Shown here piece after piece: positions 1-8,099 of a stretch of 15,140 nucleotides of DNA. The DNA lies in NCBI GenBank assembly GCA_040754495.1, contig JBFMCO010000023.1, positions 1 through 15,140 on the forward strand. The letters run 5' to 3'. A program made the position numbers and the translations under genes. Origin of the DNA: Candidatus Micrarchaeota archaeon (GTDB lineage: Archaea; Micrarchaeota; Micrarchaeia; Anstonellales; Bilamarchaeaceae). A model generated the notes under the pieces. It was not told the origin of the DNA and did no database searches. It was given only the letters and a program-made list of their open reading frames with translations. Positions within the stretch are counted from its first letter, which is position 1. Every line of letters starts with the position of its first letter.

Positions 1-281
1 TGAACAACTCCCACTACATCACATCGCCGTTCAACATATCGACGGTCACCGTGTACAAGAGCGCGACACAGAGGTTCGGCCTCCAGAGCAACATCAAGGG
101 CACCTCGCTCATAAGGGACAGCCAGAGCCCTTCCAACTCCAGGAGGATACTCGTGAACAACTCGAAGATAATCATGTTCGGGGTTTCGATGCCAAGCGCG
201 TTCAACGCCAATGGCACCCTCCTTGCGACAAGGACCATAGACTACGCAATCAACCAGTCCATCAGCGCCATCACGGACTAG
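1..281 (+). CDS. 3' end of a probable secreted/surface glycoprotein (partial, runs off the left edge)
   Basis: Frame 3 is open from position 3 to TAG at 279-281 (NNSHYITSPFNISTVTVYK...YAINQSISAITD*). It has host-like GC3 codons and five N-x-S/T sequons in 92 aa. Family not recognised. Confidence 0.7.
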   Translation, partial: NNSHYITSPFNISTVTVYKSATQRFGLQSNIKGTSLIRDSQSPSNSRRILVNNSKIIMFGVSMPSAFNANGTLLATRTIDYAINQSISAITD

Positions 282-293
282 AAAGTTTATAAG
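282..293 (+). promoter_or_regulatory. Archaeal BRE/TATA box for the KaiC-like gene
   Basis: AAAG-TTTATAAG, ending ~22 nt upstream of ATG 315, in an otherwise GC-rich context. Confidence 0.6.
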
Positions 294-314
294 CATTAGA
301 CGTGATTTCCAATC

Positions 315-1010
315 ATGGCTCCTAAGTCGGACAGGGTCCCAACGGGCATAAAGGGCCTTGATGGAATAATGGGCGGCGGATTCGAGAAGAACAGCGTCAA
401 CCTCCTCCGGGGCGGCACCGGGAGCGGAAAGACCATATTCTGCCTCCAGTTCCTCTACAACGGCATGGAAGAGTACGACGAGCCCGGCGTCTATCTCAGC
501 TTCTCGGAGCAGAGGAATTCGCTCATGATGACGGCCGAGGGCGTGGGGTGCCGCCTGGACGACAACGGGGATTTCGCTTTCATCAGGCACTCGCCCCACG
601 AGGTCGAGAGGATACTCAAGGAGGGCGGCGGCACCATCAGGGACGTCATAGACAGCCTGGGGGCCAAGAGGCTGGTCATAGACTCGCTGACGGCCTACTC
701 GCTCTTCTTCGACAGCGATTACCGGAAGAACGAGGGCGTACTTGCCCTCATGGACATCATCAAGAGCTGGAACATCACGACCGTTGTCACCGACGAGAGG
801 GAGGTCGACCTGTGCAGCCTCGAGAACGGCAGGCTGGGGTTCCTCAGCGACAGCATCATCCACATGTACTACCTCCGCACCGATTCCGTCAGGGTGAGGG
901 GCATCGAGGTCGTGAAGATGCGCCATTCCCCGCATGCAGACCGCATCGTGCCTTTCAGGATAGAGAAGAAAGGGATAACCGTTTATCCGGGCACGCAGCT
1001 GCTGGTCTGA
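315..1010 (+). CDS. Single-domain KaiC/RAD55-like RecA-superfamily ATPase
   Basis: Starts with RVPTGIKGLD, then Walker A GGTGSGKT, Walker B RLVIDS and C-terminal RGIEVVKMRHS. These are the KaiC/RAD55 family signatures. Confidence 0.92.
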   Translation: MAPKSDRVPTGIKGLDGIMGGGFEKNSVNLLRGGTGSGKTIFCLQFLYNGMEEYDEPGVYLSFSEQRNSLMMTAEGVGCRLDDNGDFAFIRHSPHEVERILKEGGGTIRDVIDSLGAKRLVIDSLTAYSLFFDSDYRKNEGVLALMDIIKSWNITTVVTDEREVDLCSLENGRLGFLSDSIIHMYYLRTDSVRVRGIEVVKMRHSPHADRIVPFRIEKKGITVYPGTQLLV

Positions 1011-1034
1011 CCGGCGACACAGGAACACCGCGGC

Positions 1035-1144
1035 GGTTTCCGGTTCGGGGCCTCCGGCAACCCGTTCCGCGTTCCCGGTTGAGGGTTCCTGTTTCGTGTC
1101 CAGGGCCTCGCCCCAAAACTCAAAACCCTAAACTCACAACCCCG
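1035..1144. repeat. Heptamer-periodic inverted repeat, copy A (between convergent genes)
   Basis: ggtttcc ggttcgg ... ggttgag ggttcct gtttcgt ..., followed by the opposite-sense arm cccaaaa ctcaaaa ccctaaa ctcacaa. Confidence 0.7.
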
Positions 1145-1438
1145 CTAGAGGTAGCGCTTTGCCCGTATCAGCGCTATCAGGAGCGCGAGCATGGAGAGCA
1201 TCGAAGATACCTGTATGGCCACCGTCATCTCATCCAGCGTCAGCTCGGAAAAATGCAGCGCATGTGAGAAGGCCGACAGGACGGCGAAGGCTACGAGCGC
1301 GGTGAAGACCGGCCTCATTATGTTCCCGGCGCCCATCCTGAAGACCATCGCGTAGAAGAAGACGGCCAGGGAGAGCACCATGGGCGCCCAGTAGATGATA
1401 GGGTTCACCACAAGCGCTTCCGCGTCGAACGCTGCCAT
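1145..1438 (-). CDS. Small integral membrane protein (about 3 TM helices), hypothetical
   Basis: 97 aa with three hydrophobic stretches and a basic C-terminus (IRAKRYL). Starts 3 nt after the stop of the upstream gene. Confidence 0.75.
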   Translation of the reverse strand: MAAFDAEALVVNPIIYWAPMVLSLAVFFYAMVFRMGAGNIMRPVFTALVAFAVLSAFSHALHFSELTLDEMTVAIQVSSMLSMLALLIALIRAKRYL

Positions 1439-1441
1439 GCC

Positions 1442-1852
1442 TCACCTCAGTATCCTGTCCGCGAAGAAGGAGAGCTCGCGGAGCATCTCCTCATTGACAT
1501 GGAGGTATAGCCTGCAGCCCGCCGCCTTCCGCCTTGATATGGCATGCACCATCCTTATAAACTCCTCCCTGCGCTCGATGAAGAGGCCCTCCATGTTGGC
1601 CATCACTATCATCGGGCACCGGCCGCTCTGGCTTATCACGAGGAGCTCGAAGCGCCTTATCTTGTCCCCTTCCATGCTCCCTTCGCAGAAGCGCATGTGC
1701 TCCGCCTTGTCGCGGAAATCGTGGAACGAGGCGCCTTTGGGAAGAGAGTATCCGCCGAAGAATGCGCAGTCGCCTATTATGCACGGGGCCCTGGATGATT
1801 CCACCAGCTCGCGCAGGAGCTTCTCACTGGTCAGGATGAAGACGCTTTCCAT
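1442..1852 (-). CDS. Hypothetical protein, probable inactivated KaiC-like/DUF835-type RecA-fold domain
   Basis: Start moved to MESVFILT (1852) because the ORF-track extension lies in a T-rich intergenic tract. The C-terminal half (IVMANMEGLF...EFIRMVHAI...LYLHV...ELSFFADRIL) follows the pattern of KaiC C-terminal strands. No Walker A. Confidence 0.6.
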   Translation of the reverse strand: MESVFILTSEKLLRELVESSRAPCIIGDCAFFGGYSLPKGASFHDFRDKAEHMRFCEGSMEGDKIRRFELLVISQSGRCPMIVMANMEGLFIERREEFIRMVHAISRRKAAGCRLYLHVNEEMLRELSFFADRILR

Positions 1853-1858
1853 GGGGAT

Positions 1859-1886
1859 ATAAAGGAAAAGAAAAAATAAAAGAAGC
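1859..1886 (-). terminator. Oligo-T tract downstream of the major pilin (archaeal intrinsic terminator-like)
   Basis: The minus strand reads CTTCTTTTATTTTTTCTTTTCCTTTAT right after the pilin stop codon. Confidence 0.5.
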
Positions 1887-2348
1887 TCAGGTGCACTTGC
1901 CGACGAGCGGCTTGTCACCGAATTGCTTCTTTCCCGAGATGCCGCCCTGGTTGAAGGTCAGCACGACATCGTACTCGAACCCGTCGCCTGACGCGCCGCA
2001 GGTCGAGCCCAGGGTCCCGCTCACGCTCCTCTCCTCACCGCCCTTGAACGTCGTGTTCGTGACGTTGGTGAGCGCGTCGCCGTCGAATGCGACTTCGGTC
2101 AGCGTGAGCTTCTCGCTGAGGCGGTTCGACATGACGAGCGTGACAGACGTGTTGTCTAGCTTGAAGCTCGTTATGGAGAACGGCTGCGCGCCGCTCCAGT
2201 AAGAAGCGCTCTGAGATTCCCTTGCCGCCCCTCCCACGCCGGGGAAGAAGCCGAGCAGGGCGATTACCACCAATGCCACGATGAGCACGACCGCCAATAT
2301 GACGAGGTACTCCGTGGCTCCTTGTCCCTTCCTTGTTGAGGATACCAT
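1887..2348 (-). CDS. Archaeal type IV pilin (class III signal peptide), probable major pilin
   Basis: MVSSTRKG|QGATEYLVILAVVLIVALVVIALL has K-G at the cleavage site, Q+1, E+5 and a hydrophobic helix. It also has two C-terminal Cys, three sequons, its own SD (AGGTG) and a TATA-like element. Confidence 0.9.
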   Translation of the reverse strand: MVSSTRKGQGATEYLVILAVVLIVALVVIALLGFFPGVGGAARESQSASYWSGAQPFSITSFKLDNTSVTLVMSNRLSEKLTLTEVAFDGDALTNVTNTTFKGGEERSVSGTLGSTCGASGDGFEYDVVLTFNQGGISGKKQFGDKPLVGKCT

Positions 2349-2383
2349 GGTTACACCTAATTTGTTGGAGATACTGACGCTAG

Positions 2384-2400
2384 CTTTTTAAGCTTTTTGG
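2384..2400 (-). promoter_or_regulatory. BRE/TATA-like promoter of the major pilin
   Basis: The minus strand reads CCAAAAAGC-TTAAAAAG about 35 nt upstream of ATG 2348. An SD-like AGGTG lies just upstream of the ATG. Confidence 0.5.
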
Positions 2401-2429
2401 GGCTCTCCGACGTGTTAGGGCGGCCAAAA

Positions 2430-3455
2430 TCATATGAACTGGGAGAGCAGCCCCGAAAGGAAGGCCTGGGCTACGTAGAACATTATCAGGGACGATATCG
2501 CTATTATGGGGACGTACTTGATGCCGTAGAATGGCTGGCCCCGTGTTATTATGCCGAGCATCAGGGAAACGAGCGAGCTGGTCATCAGTATGAGGGCCGA
2601 GGACACCATCACTATGAAGTCCGGGGTTATGCTCACCCTTCCGGTGAAGAAGGGGAGGTTGGTCGAATCCTCGCTGAAGACCGGTATGCCCTTGACGAGC
2701 TTGACGAACTCCACAGACACGGAAAGCAGGAACGGCATGATGAAGATTACCATGAAGGCGAGGAAGATGACGTGCGAGCGGGTGATGAGGACGACCTCCT
2801 CCCTCATCTCCTCGACTCGCCGGACGTAATCGGCAGAGCTTTCGAGGATGTTCGCCAGGCGGCCGCCGCTCCGCATGGCCCGGTCGAAGAAGCCGACCAT
2901 GTTCCTGAATATGGGAGAATCTATGCGCTCCGCGAGGTCCAGGAACATCACGGATATGGACTCCCCGCCGGTCAGCTTCTTCGCGGATTTCTTGACCTCC
3001 TCGGAAAGGGGCCCGAACTCCGGCCGGGATGCCACCACGAACGCGTTCAGCGGGGTCATGCCGGCCCTGAGGTTGGCCACCACCAGCAGCAGGAAATCCG
3101 GGAGCGCCTTCTCGGTCCTTTTCGTGCGGTCGTCAATCAGGTAGTAGAGGTGGGTGTAGAACGCGAAGAGGGCTAGGAGGAACGCGAGGAACGCGTACAG
3201 GAGCGACTGGGTTACCAGGCCGAGCATCCTCTCGAATGTCTCGAACGGGTCCGCGTATGTGTAGATGGCCGACACGAAGGGGAGGATGGAGGCCAGTATG
3301 CACACGAGCGTCAGCAGGGCAAAGCGCCTGCCGGCCCACTCCAGGACGTCCTCGTCCAGGCCCGCGAAGACGAGCCTGCGCTCTATCCAGCGAATCCAGT
3401 CCTCTGGCAGGACCTTTCCGAAAAAGAGGTATTCCCTCTGGAGGAAGCCCGCCAT
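2430..3455 (-). CDS. Type II secretion system F family (TadC/PilC-like) pilus platform membrane protein
   Basis: ALPDFLLLVVANLRAGMT, FGPLSEE and SGGRLANILE T2SSF motifs with several TM segments. TGATG-coupled to the upstream gene. Confidence 0.9.
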   Translation of the reverse strand: MAGFLQREYLFFGKVLPEDWIRWIERRLVFAGLDEDVLEWAGRRFALLTLVCILASILPFVSAIYTYADPFETFERMLGLVTQSLLYAFLAFLLALFAFYTHLYYLIDDRTKRTEKALPDFLLLVVANLRAGMTPLNAFVVASRPEFGPLSEEVKKSAKKLTGGESISVMFLDLAERIDSPIFRNMVGFFDRAMRSGGRLANILESSADYVRRVEEMREEVVLITRSHVIFLAFMVIFIMPFLLSVSVEFVKLVKGIPVFSEDSTNLPFFTGRVSITPDFIVMVSSALILMTSSLVSLMLGIITRGQPFYGIKYVPIIAISSLIMFYVAQAFLSGLLSQFI

Positions 3456-4327
3456 CAGTATATCACCGGCCTCACGCTCTTGACATAGCCTATCAGCACC
3501 AGCTGGAGCATGGCTGAGAACAGGAGTATCACGAAGATTGTCTGCTCGCTTATCCCTATGCCGCTGAACGTGGAGAGTATGATGAGGAACGTAACGCCTA
3601 TGGAGGGGATGGCGGCCGCAATCAGCATGTAGAGGAGGGTGAGGAAATTGAGTTTGGTCGCGTACTCGCGGGCCAGGTTTATCTGGTGGTTCTCGAGGGC
3701 CGATAGGGTGGTGCGGACCGCGTCCTTGAGGCTGGCCCCGCCCGAGACGGCGTTGAGAATCTGCAGTATTGCCTTCTTCAGGTACTCGCTTTTGGTGCGC
3801 AGCGCCATGCGTTCCAGGGCCACCTCCTCGATTACGCCGGCGTTTATCTCCCTCACAGTGTCCGCGAACTCCTTCGACACGTTCCCGTAGTTGGCCGTCG
3901 CAATGTTTACCATGGAGTCGTAGAGCGAGATGCCCGACTGTATCTGGACGAGGAGGTCGCGCAGCGCGTAGAGGAGCTCGAGGTTTATCTTGAGGGCGAC
4001 CGTCTTTGCCCGGATGCTTGGGTAGAACACGTAGAAGAGGAGGAAGAAGATGAGCATGAAGAACGAGCCTGCGGCCGCTGGCAGGAGGTTCGGCGCCGCC
4101 TCCCTGGCCGCCAGAACGAAGTAGGATATGCCGAACATGACGAGAGATATGACGAATGCGGAGATGAGCGAGGCCGCGAGATAATCCTCGTGGGGCACCC
4201 GGACGTCGGCCTCAAGAAGGTCGTACTTGACGAACGGGAAGACGCCCGAGAGCTTGCGGCCGAACCACCGGAAGCGCCTCCCGACCTCCCTCATGGACTT
4301 CTCGGAAAAGAGATGGAACGGGATCAT
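3455..4327 (-). CDS. Second T2SS F family (TadB/TadC-like) membrane protein
   Basis: True start is MIPFHLF at 4327 (TGATG overlap with the ATPase stop). Motifs include ELLYALRDLLVQIQSGISLYDSM, YGNVSKEF and SGGASL. Confidence 0.9.
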   Translation of the reverse strand: MIPFHLFSEKSMREVGRRFRWFGRKLSGVFPFVKYDLLEADVRVPHEDYLAASLISAFVISLVMFGISYFVLAAREAAPNLLPAAAGSFFMLIFFLLFYVFYPSIRAKTVALKINLELLYALRDLLVQIQSGISLYDSMVNIATANYGNVSKEFADTVREINAGVIEEVALERMALRTKSEYLKKAILQILNAVSGGASLKDAVRTTLSALENHQINLAREYATKLNFLTLLYMLIAAAIPSIGVTFLIILSTFSGIGISEQTIFVILLFSAMLQLVLIGYVKSVRPVIY

Positions 4328-6048
4328 CAGATGACCTTCGCGGGCGGCTGCCCCTTCTCTATCGCAGCGAGCAGGGCCGAGGGCTCCTTGTAATATGTCT
4401 TTATCACGCGGCCGATGCTGTCCACGTCTTCCACGCCGAACTTCGCCATCCACTCGAGGACTTTGGTCTTCTCGGATGCGTCCGACGCGATTTCCCGGGC
4501 GGTCATGCCGGTATGGAGGTTCAGCGACTCGATGTACCTCTTCGGCTCGTTCACGCGCTCGAAGCTGTCGTTCCTGGCCCTCCACTGGTAGATGTGGTTG
4601 ACCGAAGGCTTCTCGACGAACTCTGCTATCTCGGACACCTCGAACGTCTTCCTAATGTTCTTCTTCCTGTCGCGGAACTGGGACACGATGAGGTCTATGG
4701 ACTCGAGCTCTATGACCGGCACCTCTATCGGCGCCTCGGTAAGCCTGCGCAGCGCCTCGCTGGCGGTGTCGGCGTGCATCGTGGAATACACGCTGTGCCC
4801 CGTGTGCATGGCCTCGAAGAGGACCTGGGCCTGGGTCTTCTCCCTGATTTCGCCGACCAGGATGCGGTCCGGCCTCATCCTGAGCGAGTTTATCATCAGG
4901 TCCAGCATGGTCACCTCGCCAAGACCCTCTGGGTTGGGGAGGCGGGAGACCATGGGGACCCAGTTCCAGTGCGAAGCGGAGAGGACGAGCTCCCTCGTGT
5001 CCTCTATGGTGATTATCCTCTGGGAGGTGGGGATGAAGTTCGAGATGGTGTTGAGCAGGCTGGTCTTCCCGGATGCCGTTCCCCCCACGACGAGGATGTT
5101 CAGCTCGTAGTGTATTGCCTGCCACAGCATCGAGGCGAGCTCCGGGGCGATGGTCCGGTTCTTGATGAACTTGACCACCGTCCAGGGGTCCCTGGAGAAG
5201 CGGCGTATTGTTATCGTGTTCCCGCGCCTGGATATCGGGTAGAGCGTGGCGTTCACGCGGTCGCCGCTTATGAGGTGCGCGTCAAGGAGCGGCGCGAGGG
5301 ATGTTATCTGCCGCCCTACCCTGCGCCCTATCTGGCTCGCGTAGTTGGCGGTCTCGTCCTCCCCGCGCAGGAAGACGTTGGATTTCATCCAGCCGAACTT
5401 CTTGTGATACAGGCTTATCGGAGTCTGGGACGTGTTGATGATGACTTCCTCAACGTTGTCGTCCGAGAGCAGGTCTTCCATGTCGCCCAGGCCGAACATC
5501 TTGTAGGAGATGAAGCCGCAGACGACCTTCATGTTGGCCTCGCCGAGCGAGCCGAGGATGCTCTCCGTCACGCTGCAGCGCTTGAGCAGCACTTCGGACT
5601 TCCTCTCCACGTCGCTCATCTGCGTGCTCTCGGGCGGGAGGATGCGGGCGACCTCGTCCTTCACGTATTCGAGGTATATCTCCCCATAATGGCTGAAGAG
5701 CGGGGGGTAGAGGTAGTACCTGGGGGCGAGCTCCTTCTCGTCGAAGACGATGTTCACGGTAGCGACGAGGTGCCCGCCGAAGGCCTCGATGTCGTACTTG
5801 TCCAGCACCCTGCCCCTGGGCTTCTCCTCGCTCTTTGGCGGCATCGCCTTCTCAAGGCTGGCATAGGGCTTCTGGAACGGCAGGGGAGGGTAGTGGATGC
5901 TGACTATGCCGCGCTTCTCCATCGCGAGCAGGATTTTCTCGACCACGTCCTCCTTGGCCTTCAGCTGGGCGGCCAGCTCATGGAGGTATATATTCCGCCT
6001 GGTCTCGAGGATTTCCACTATCTTGTCGATGGTGGTCCGGACGAACAT
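4327..6048 (-). CDS. Type IV pilus/type II secretion assembly ATPase (CpaF/VirB11-like, PilB/ArlI superfamily)
   Basis: Walker A GGTASGKT, Asp box TIEDTRE, Walker B LRMRPDRILVGEIR and His box HTGH...TMHA. Confidence 0.95.
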   Translation of the reverse strand: MFVRTTIDKIVEILETRRNIYLHELAAQLKAKEDVVEKILLAMEKRGIVSIHYPPLPFQKPYASLEKAMPPKSEEKPRGRVLDKYDIEAFGGHLVATVNIVFDEKELAPRYYLYPPLFSHYGEIYLEYVKDEVARILPPESTQMSDVERKSEVLLKRCSVTESILGSLGEANMKVVCGFISYKMFGLGDMEDLLSDDNVEEVIINTSQTPISLYHKKFGWMKSNVFLRGEDETANYASQIGRRVGRQITSLAPLLDAHLISGDRVNATLYPISRRGNTITIRRFSRDPWTVVKFIKNRTIAPELASMLWQAIHYELNILVVGGTASGKTSLLNTISNFIPTSQRIITIEDTRELVLSASHWNWVPMVSRLPNPEGLGEVTMLDLMINSLRMRPDRILVGEIREKTQAQVLFEAMHTGHSVYSTMHADTASEALRRLTEAPIEVPVIELESIDLIVSQFRDRKKNIRKTFEVSEIAEFVEKPSVNHIYQWRARNDSFERVNEPKRYIESLNLHTGMTAREIASDASEKTKVLEWMAKFGVEDVDSIGRVIKTYYKEPSALLAAIEKGQPPAKVI

Positions 6049-6070
6049 CGCTGATACTGATTAGGCATGG

Positions 6071-6080
6071 AATAAATATG
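6071..6080 (-). promoter_or_regulatory. TATA-like box upstream of the pilus ATPase
   Basis: The minus strand reads CATATTTATT, ending ~23 nt upstream of ATG 6048. Confidence 0.5.
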
Positions 6081-6110
6081 TTTCTCCGCTCCCCTCAGGG
6101 GATACCGGCG

Positions 6111-6258
6111 GGTTTCCGGTCTGGGGTTTCCGGTTTCCCGATGTAAGCGTTCTTCCATGGGCCCTTTGTCCGGATTGCCGGGCAGGCGGGCGGGTTTCCG
6201 GTTTCCGGCCCTGCATTCGGCCAGAACCCAAAACACACAACTGGAAACCGGGGACCGG
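6111..6258. repeat. Heptamer-periodic inverted repeat, copy B
   Basis: ggtttcc ggtctgg ggtttcc ggtttcc ... ggtttcc ggtttcc ... ccagaac ccaaaac acacaac tggaaac cggggac. Confidence 0.75.
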
Positions 6259-6275
6259 ATGCCGGCCCCGCCATG

Positions 6276-7112
6276 CTACGTGCTCCCTATCGTTATCCGC
6301 GAATCCCTGCGGACCTTGCCCTGCGAGTATCCGATTGAGGCGTTGTATGAGTACCCAAGAGGCTCGTTGAGCTGCTTCGAGAGCGCCATGACTACGGTCA
6401 CCGTAGTGTTGGAAGCGCGGAGCAGGAGGGAGCCTTCGGGGGGAAGGTTGCCGTATGTGAGGTTCACGCTGCCGCCCTGGAGGCTGAACAGGTAGCTCTT
6501 GAGCGTGGTGGAGGATATGTTGCCGGAATCCGTGAAGCTCCCGGTATCGTCCTCGTAGTTGATTACGATGAAGGTGTCGCCGCCCGGGCTCCAGGCCCAG
6601 GGCGTTGTGTTCAGCCTCTGGCCGGACGCGGTGATGTTAATCGTGACGTTCTTCAGGCCGGTCTGGTTCGTGGAGTTGTAGGTGGAGAAGAGGGCGGTCT
6701 GGTTCTGCGCGCTGTAGTTCCTGGAATAGTAGTTGCCGTCCGAGAAGAGGAGCTCGTACGAGCCGTCCCGCATCGGGGAGAGGTTGAGGGATATGTTCGC
6801 GCCGATTCTCGGGCTGTAGTTGCCTTCGATGAAATCGCGGTAGTCCGAGAGGAGCGCGCTCGTGTCCCTCTCATCGAGCGAGTCGCCTATCACGATGGAG
6901 ACGTTCGGGCCGGAGCGTGATGCGCTCACGTTCGCGGCCATCTTCTCCAGGTCGTACGCGACGTCGCTCGTATAATACGATGGGTACGCGGCCGGGGTGA
7001 GCTCGGATATGCGGTTGGCCTCGCGTATCACGAAGCCCTGGTAGGAGAGATAGAGGAAGAGGAGGAGCGACGAGAGCAGGAGCACCACCATCGTGTTCAG
7101 GTATCCTTTCAT
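6276..7112 (-). CDS. Large minor pilin-like glycoprotein (class III-like signal)
   Basis: MKG|YLNTMVVLLLSSLLLFLYL followed by an Asn/Ser/Thr-rich beta-type domain with 16 N-x-S/T sequons. Last gene of the minor pilin operon. Confidence 0.75.
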   Translation of the reverse strand: MKGYLNTMVVLLLSSLLLFLYLSYQGFVIREANRISELTPAAYPSYYTSDVAYDLEKMAANVSASRSGPNVSIVIGDSLDERDTSALLSDYRDFIEGNYSPRIGANISLNLSPMRDGSYELLFSDGNYYSRNYSAQNQTALFSTYNSTNQTGLKNVTINITASGQRLNTTPWAWSPGGDTFIVINYEDDTGSFTDSGNISSTTLKSYLFSLQGGSVNLTYGNLPPEGSLLLRASNTTVTVVMALSKQLNEPLGYSYNASIGYSQGKVRRDSRITIGST

Positions 7113-7502
7113 CTAGTCCGCCTCCCTGAGCCATGCGCGCGCGAGCGCCGTGCGCGTGACGTTCCCGTCGGAATACGTGCGGTAGGCGACGATGAGGTCG
7201 TTGCCCATCCTGCCGCACCCCGGCTTCTTGACCACCGCGGTCCGGTTGTTCGCCTTCTCGAATTCCACCTCGATGCAAACGGAGGCAGGAAGCTCCTTCA
7301 GCACTTCCTTCATGCCGTTCTTGTCGCCATCGCTCAGCCTGCCGCTTTTTTCGAACGAGGTCAGGACGTCCATGCCAAGGGCGCGCAGGTATGCCTCGTT
7401 CTTGGCCTTCGGGAACGGGTGGACGGCCGCTACGAGCATGACTATGGCAAGGAAAAGCGTCAGCGCGAAGACCGCCTCGCTGGTCGCTATGAATCCCCTC
7501 AT
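7113..7502 (-). CDS. Minor pilin-like protein (class III signal)
   Basis: MRG|FIATSEAVFALTLFLAIVMLV. Start 7502 gives an ATGA overlap with the upstream stop and good spacing from the SD GGTGAGG; 7508 is an alternative start. Confidence 0.8.
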   Translation of the reverse strand: MRGFIATSEAVFALTLFLAIVMLVAAVHPFPKAKNEAYLRALGMDVLTSFEKSGRLSDGDKNGMKEVLKELPASVCIEVEFEKANNRTAVVKKPGCGRMGNDLIVAYRTYSDGNVTRTALARAWLREAD

Positions 7503-8095
7503 TCCCATACCCTCACCACCACGATTACCTCAGTCCCGTTCAGAAGTGCCGCGCGCTCGAGGACGGACGTTTCGCTCTCGTTCGAGGAATTGCCAAACGA
7601 ATAGAGCAGGTTGTCGTCGAGGTCGACGACCTCCATCTGGAATTCCCGCGTCGGGATGCCGAGGGCCTCCTTGAAGAACTCGTAGTGCGTGGAATTCAGC
7701 GCGGCCATGCGCTCCAGCTTCCGGGCGCTGAGGACGTTGCGCTCGTCTGCGAGTCCGATGGACTCCACCGTGCTTTCGTTTATTTCGCCGAGCTCGCTCC
7801 AGTTTGCCGGGTCCCCGGGCGAAATCACGAGCGCATCGGAAACGCGGAGGTTTGCCGCGAGGAGGGAGCTTCCCTCCATGGAGCCTTTCGAAACGGCCTC
7901 CATATTCTGCCATATCAGCAGGTAGAGGATGAGTATCATGAAGAGCAGGGCTGCCGAGAAGAGGAAATCGAAGCTCCACACCTGGCCGCGGAAAGTGCGG
8001 TTTCCGGTTTCGTGTTTTTGGTTTTGGGTTCTGGCCGAAACACAAAGCTCTGAACCCGAAACCGGCTGCTGGATGCTGAAGGCCGGCTGCCGCAT
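7499..8095 (-). CDS. Minor pilin-like protein with an extended leader
   Basis: RG|QVWSFDFLFSAALLFMILILYLLIW class III motif. ATG 8095 lies 4 nt after the upstream stop and 10 nt after GAGGAG, and is the nearest start codon upstream of the cleavage motif. Confidence 0.75.
   Translation of the reverse strand: MRQPAFSIQQPVSGSELCVSARTQNQKHETGNRTFRGQVWSFDFLFSAALLFMILILYLLIWQNMEAVSKGSMEGSSLLAANLRVSDALVISPGDPANWSELGEINESTVESIGLADERNVLSARKLERMAALNSTHYEFFKEALGIPTREFQMEVVDLDDNLLYSFGNSSNESETSVLERAALLNGTEVIVVVRVWE
7999..8092. repeat. Heptamer-periodic inverted repeat, copy C (inside the predicted prepilin leader)
   Basis: ggtttcc ggtttcg tgttttt ggttttg ggttctg ... cccgaaa ccggctg ctggatg ctgaagg ccggctg. 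Positions 8021-8039 are the exact reverse complement of 6216-6234 in copy B. Confidence 0.75.
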
Positions 8096-8099
8096 GTGC

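Noticed and set aside
315-1010. Circadian clock KaiC
   Set aside because: Single domain, no Ser-Thr phosphosite pair, and no kaiA/kaiB nearby.
4513-6054. 513-aa plus-strand ORF (likewise 548-1267, 2397-3176, 10660-11667)
   Set aside because: Shadow or off-frame ORFs of clearly identified genes, expected in GC-rich DNA, with no recognisable motifs.
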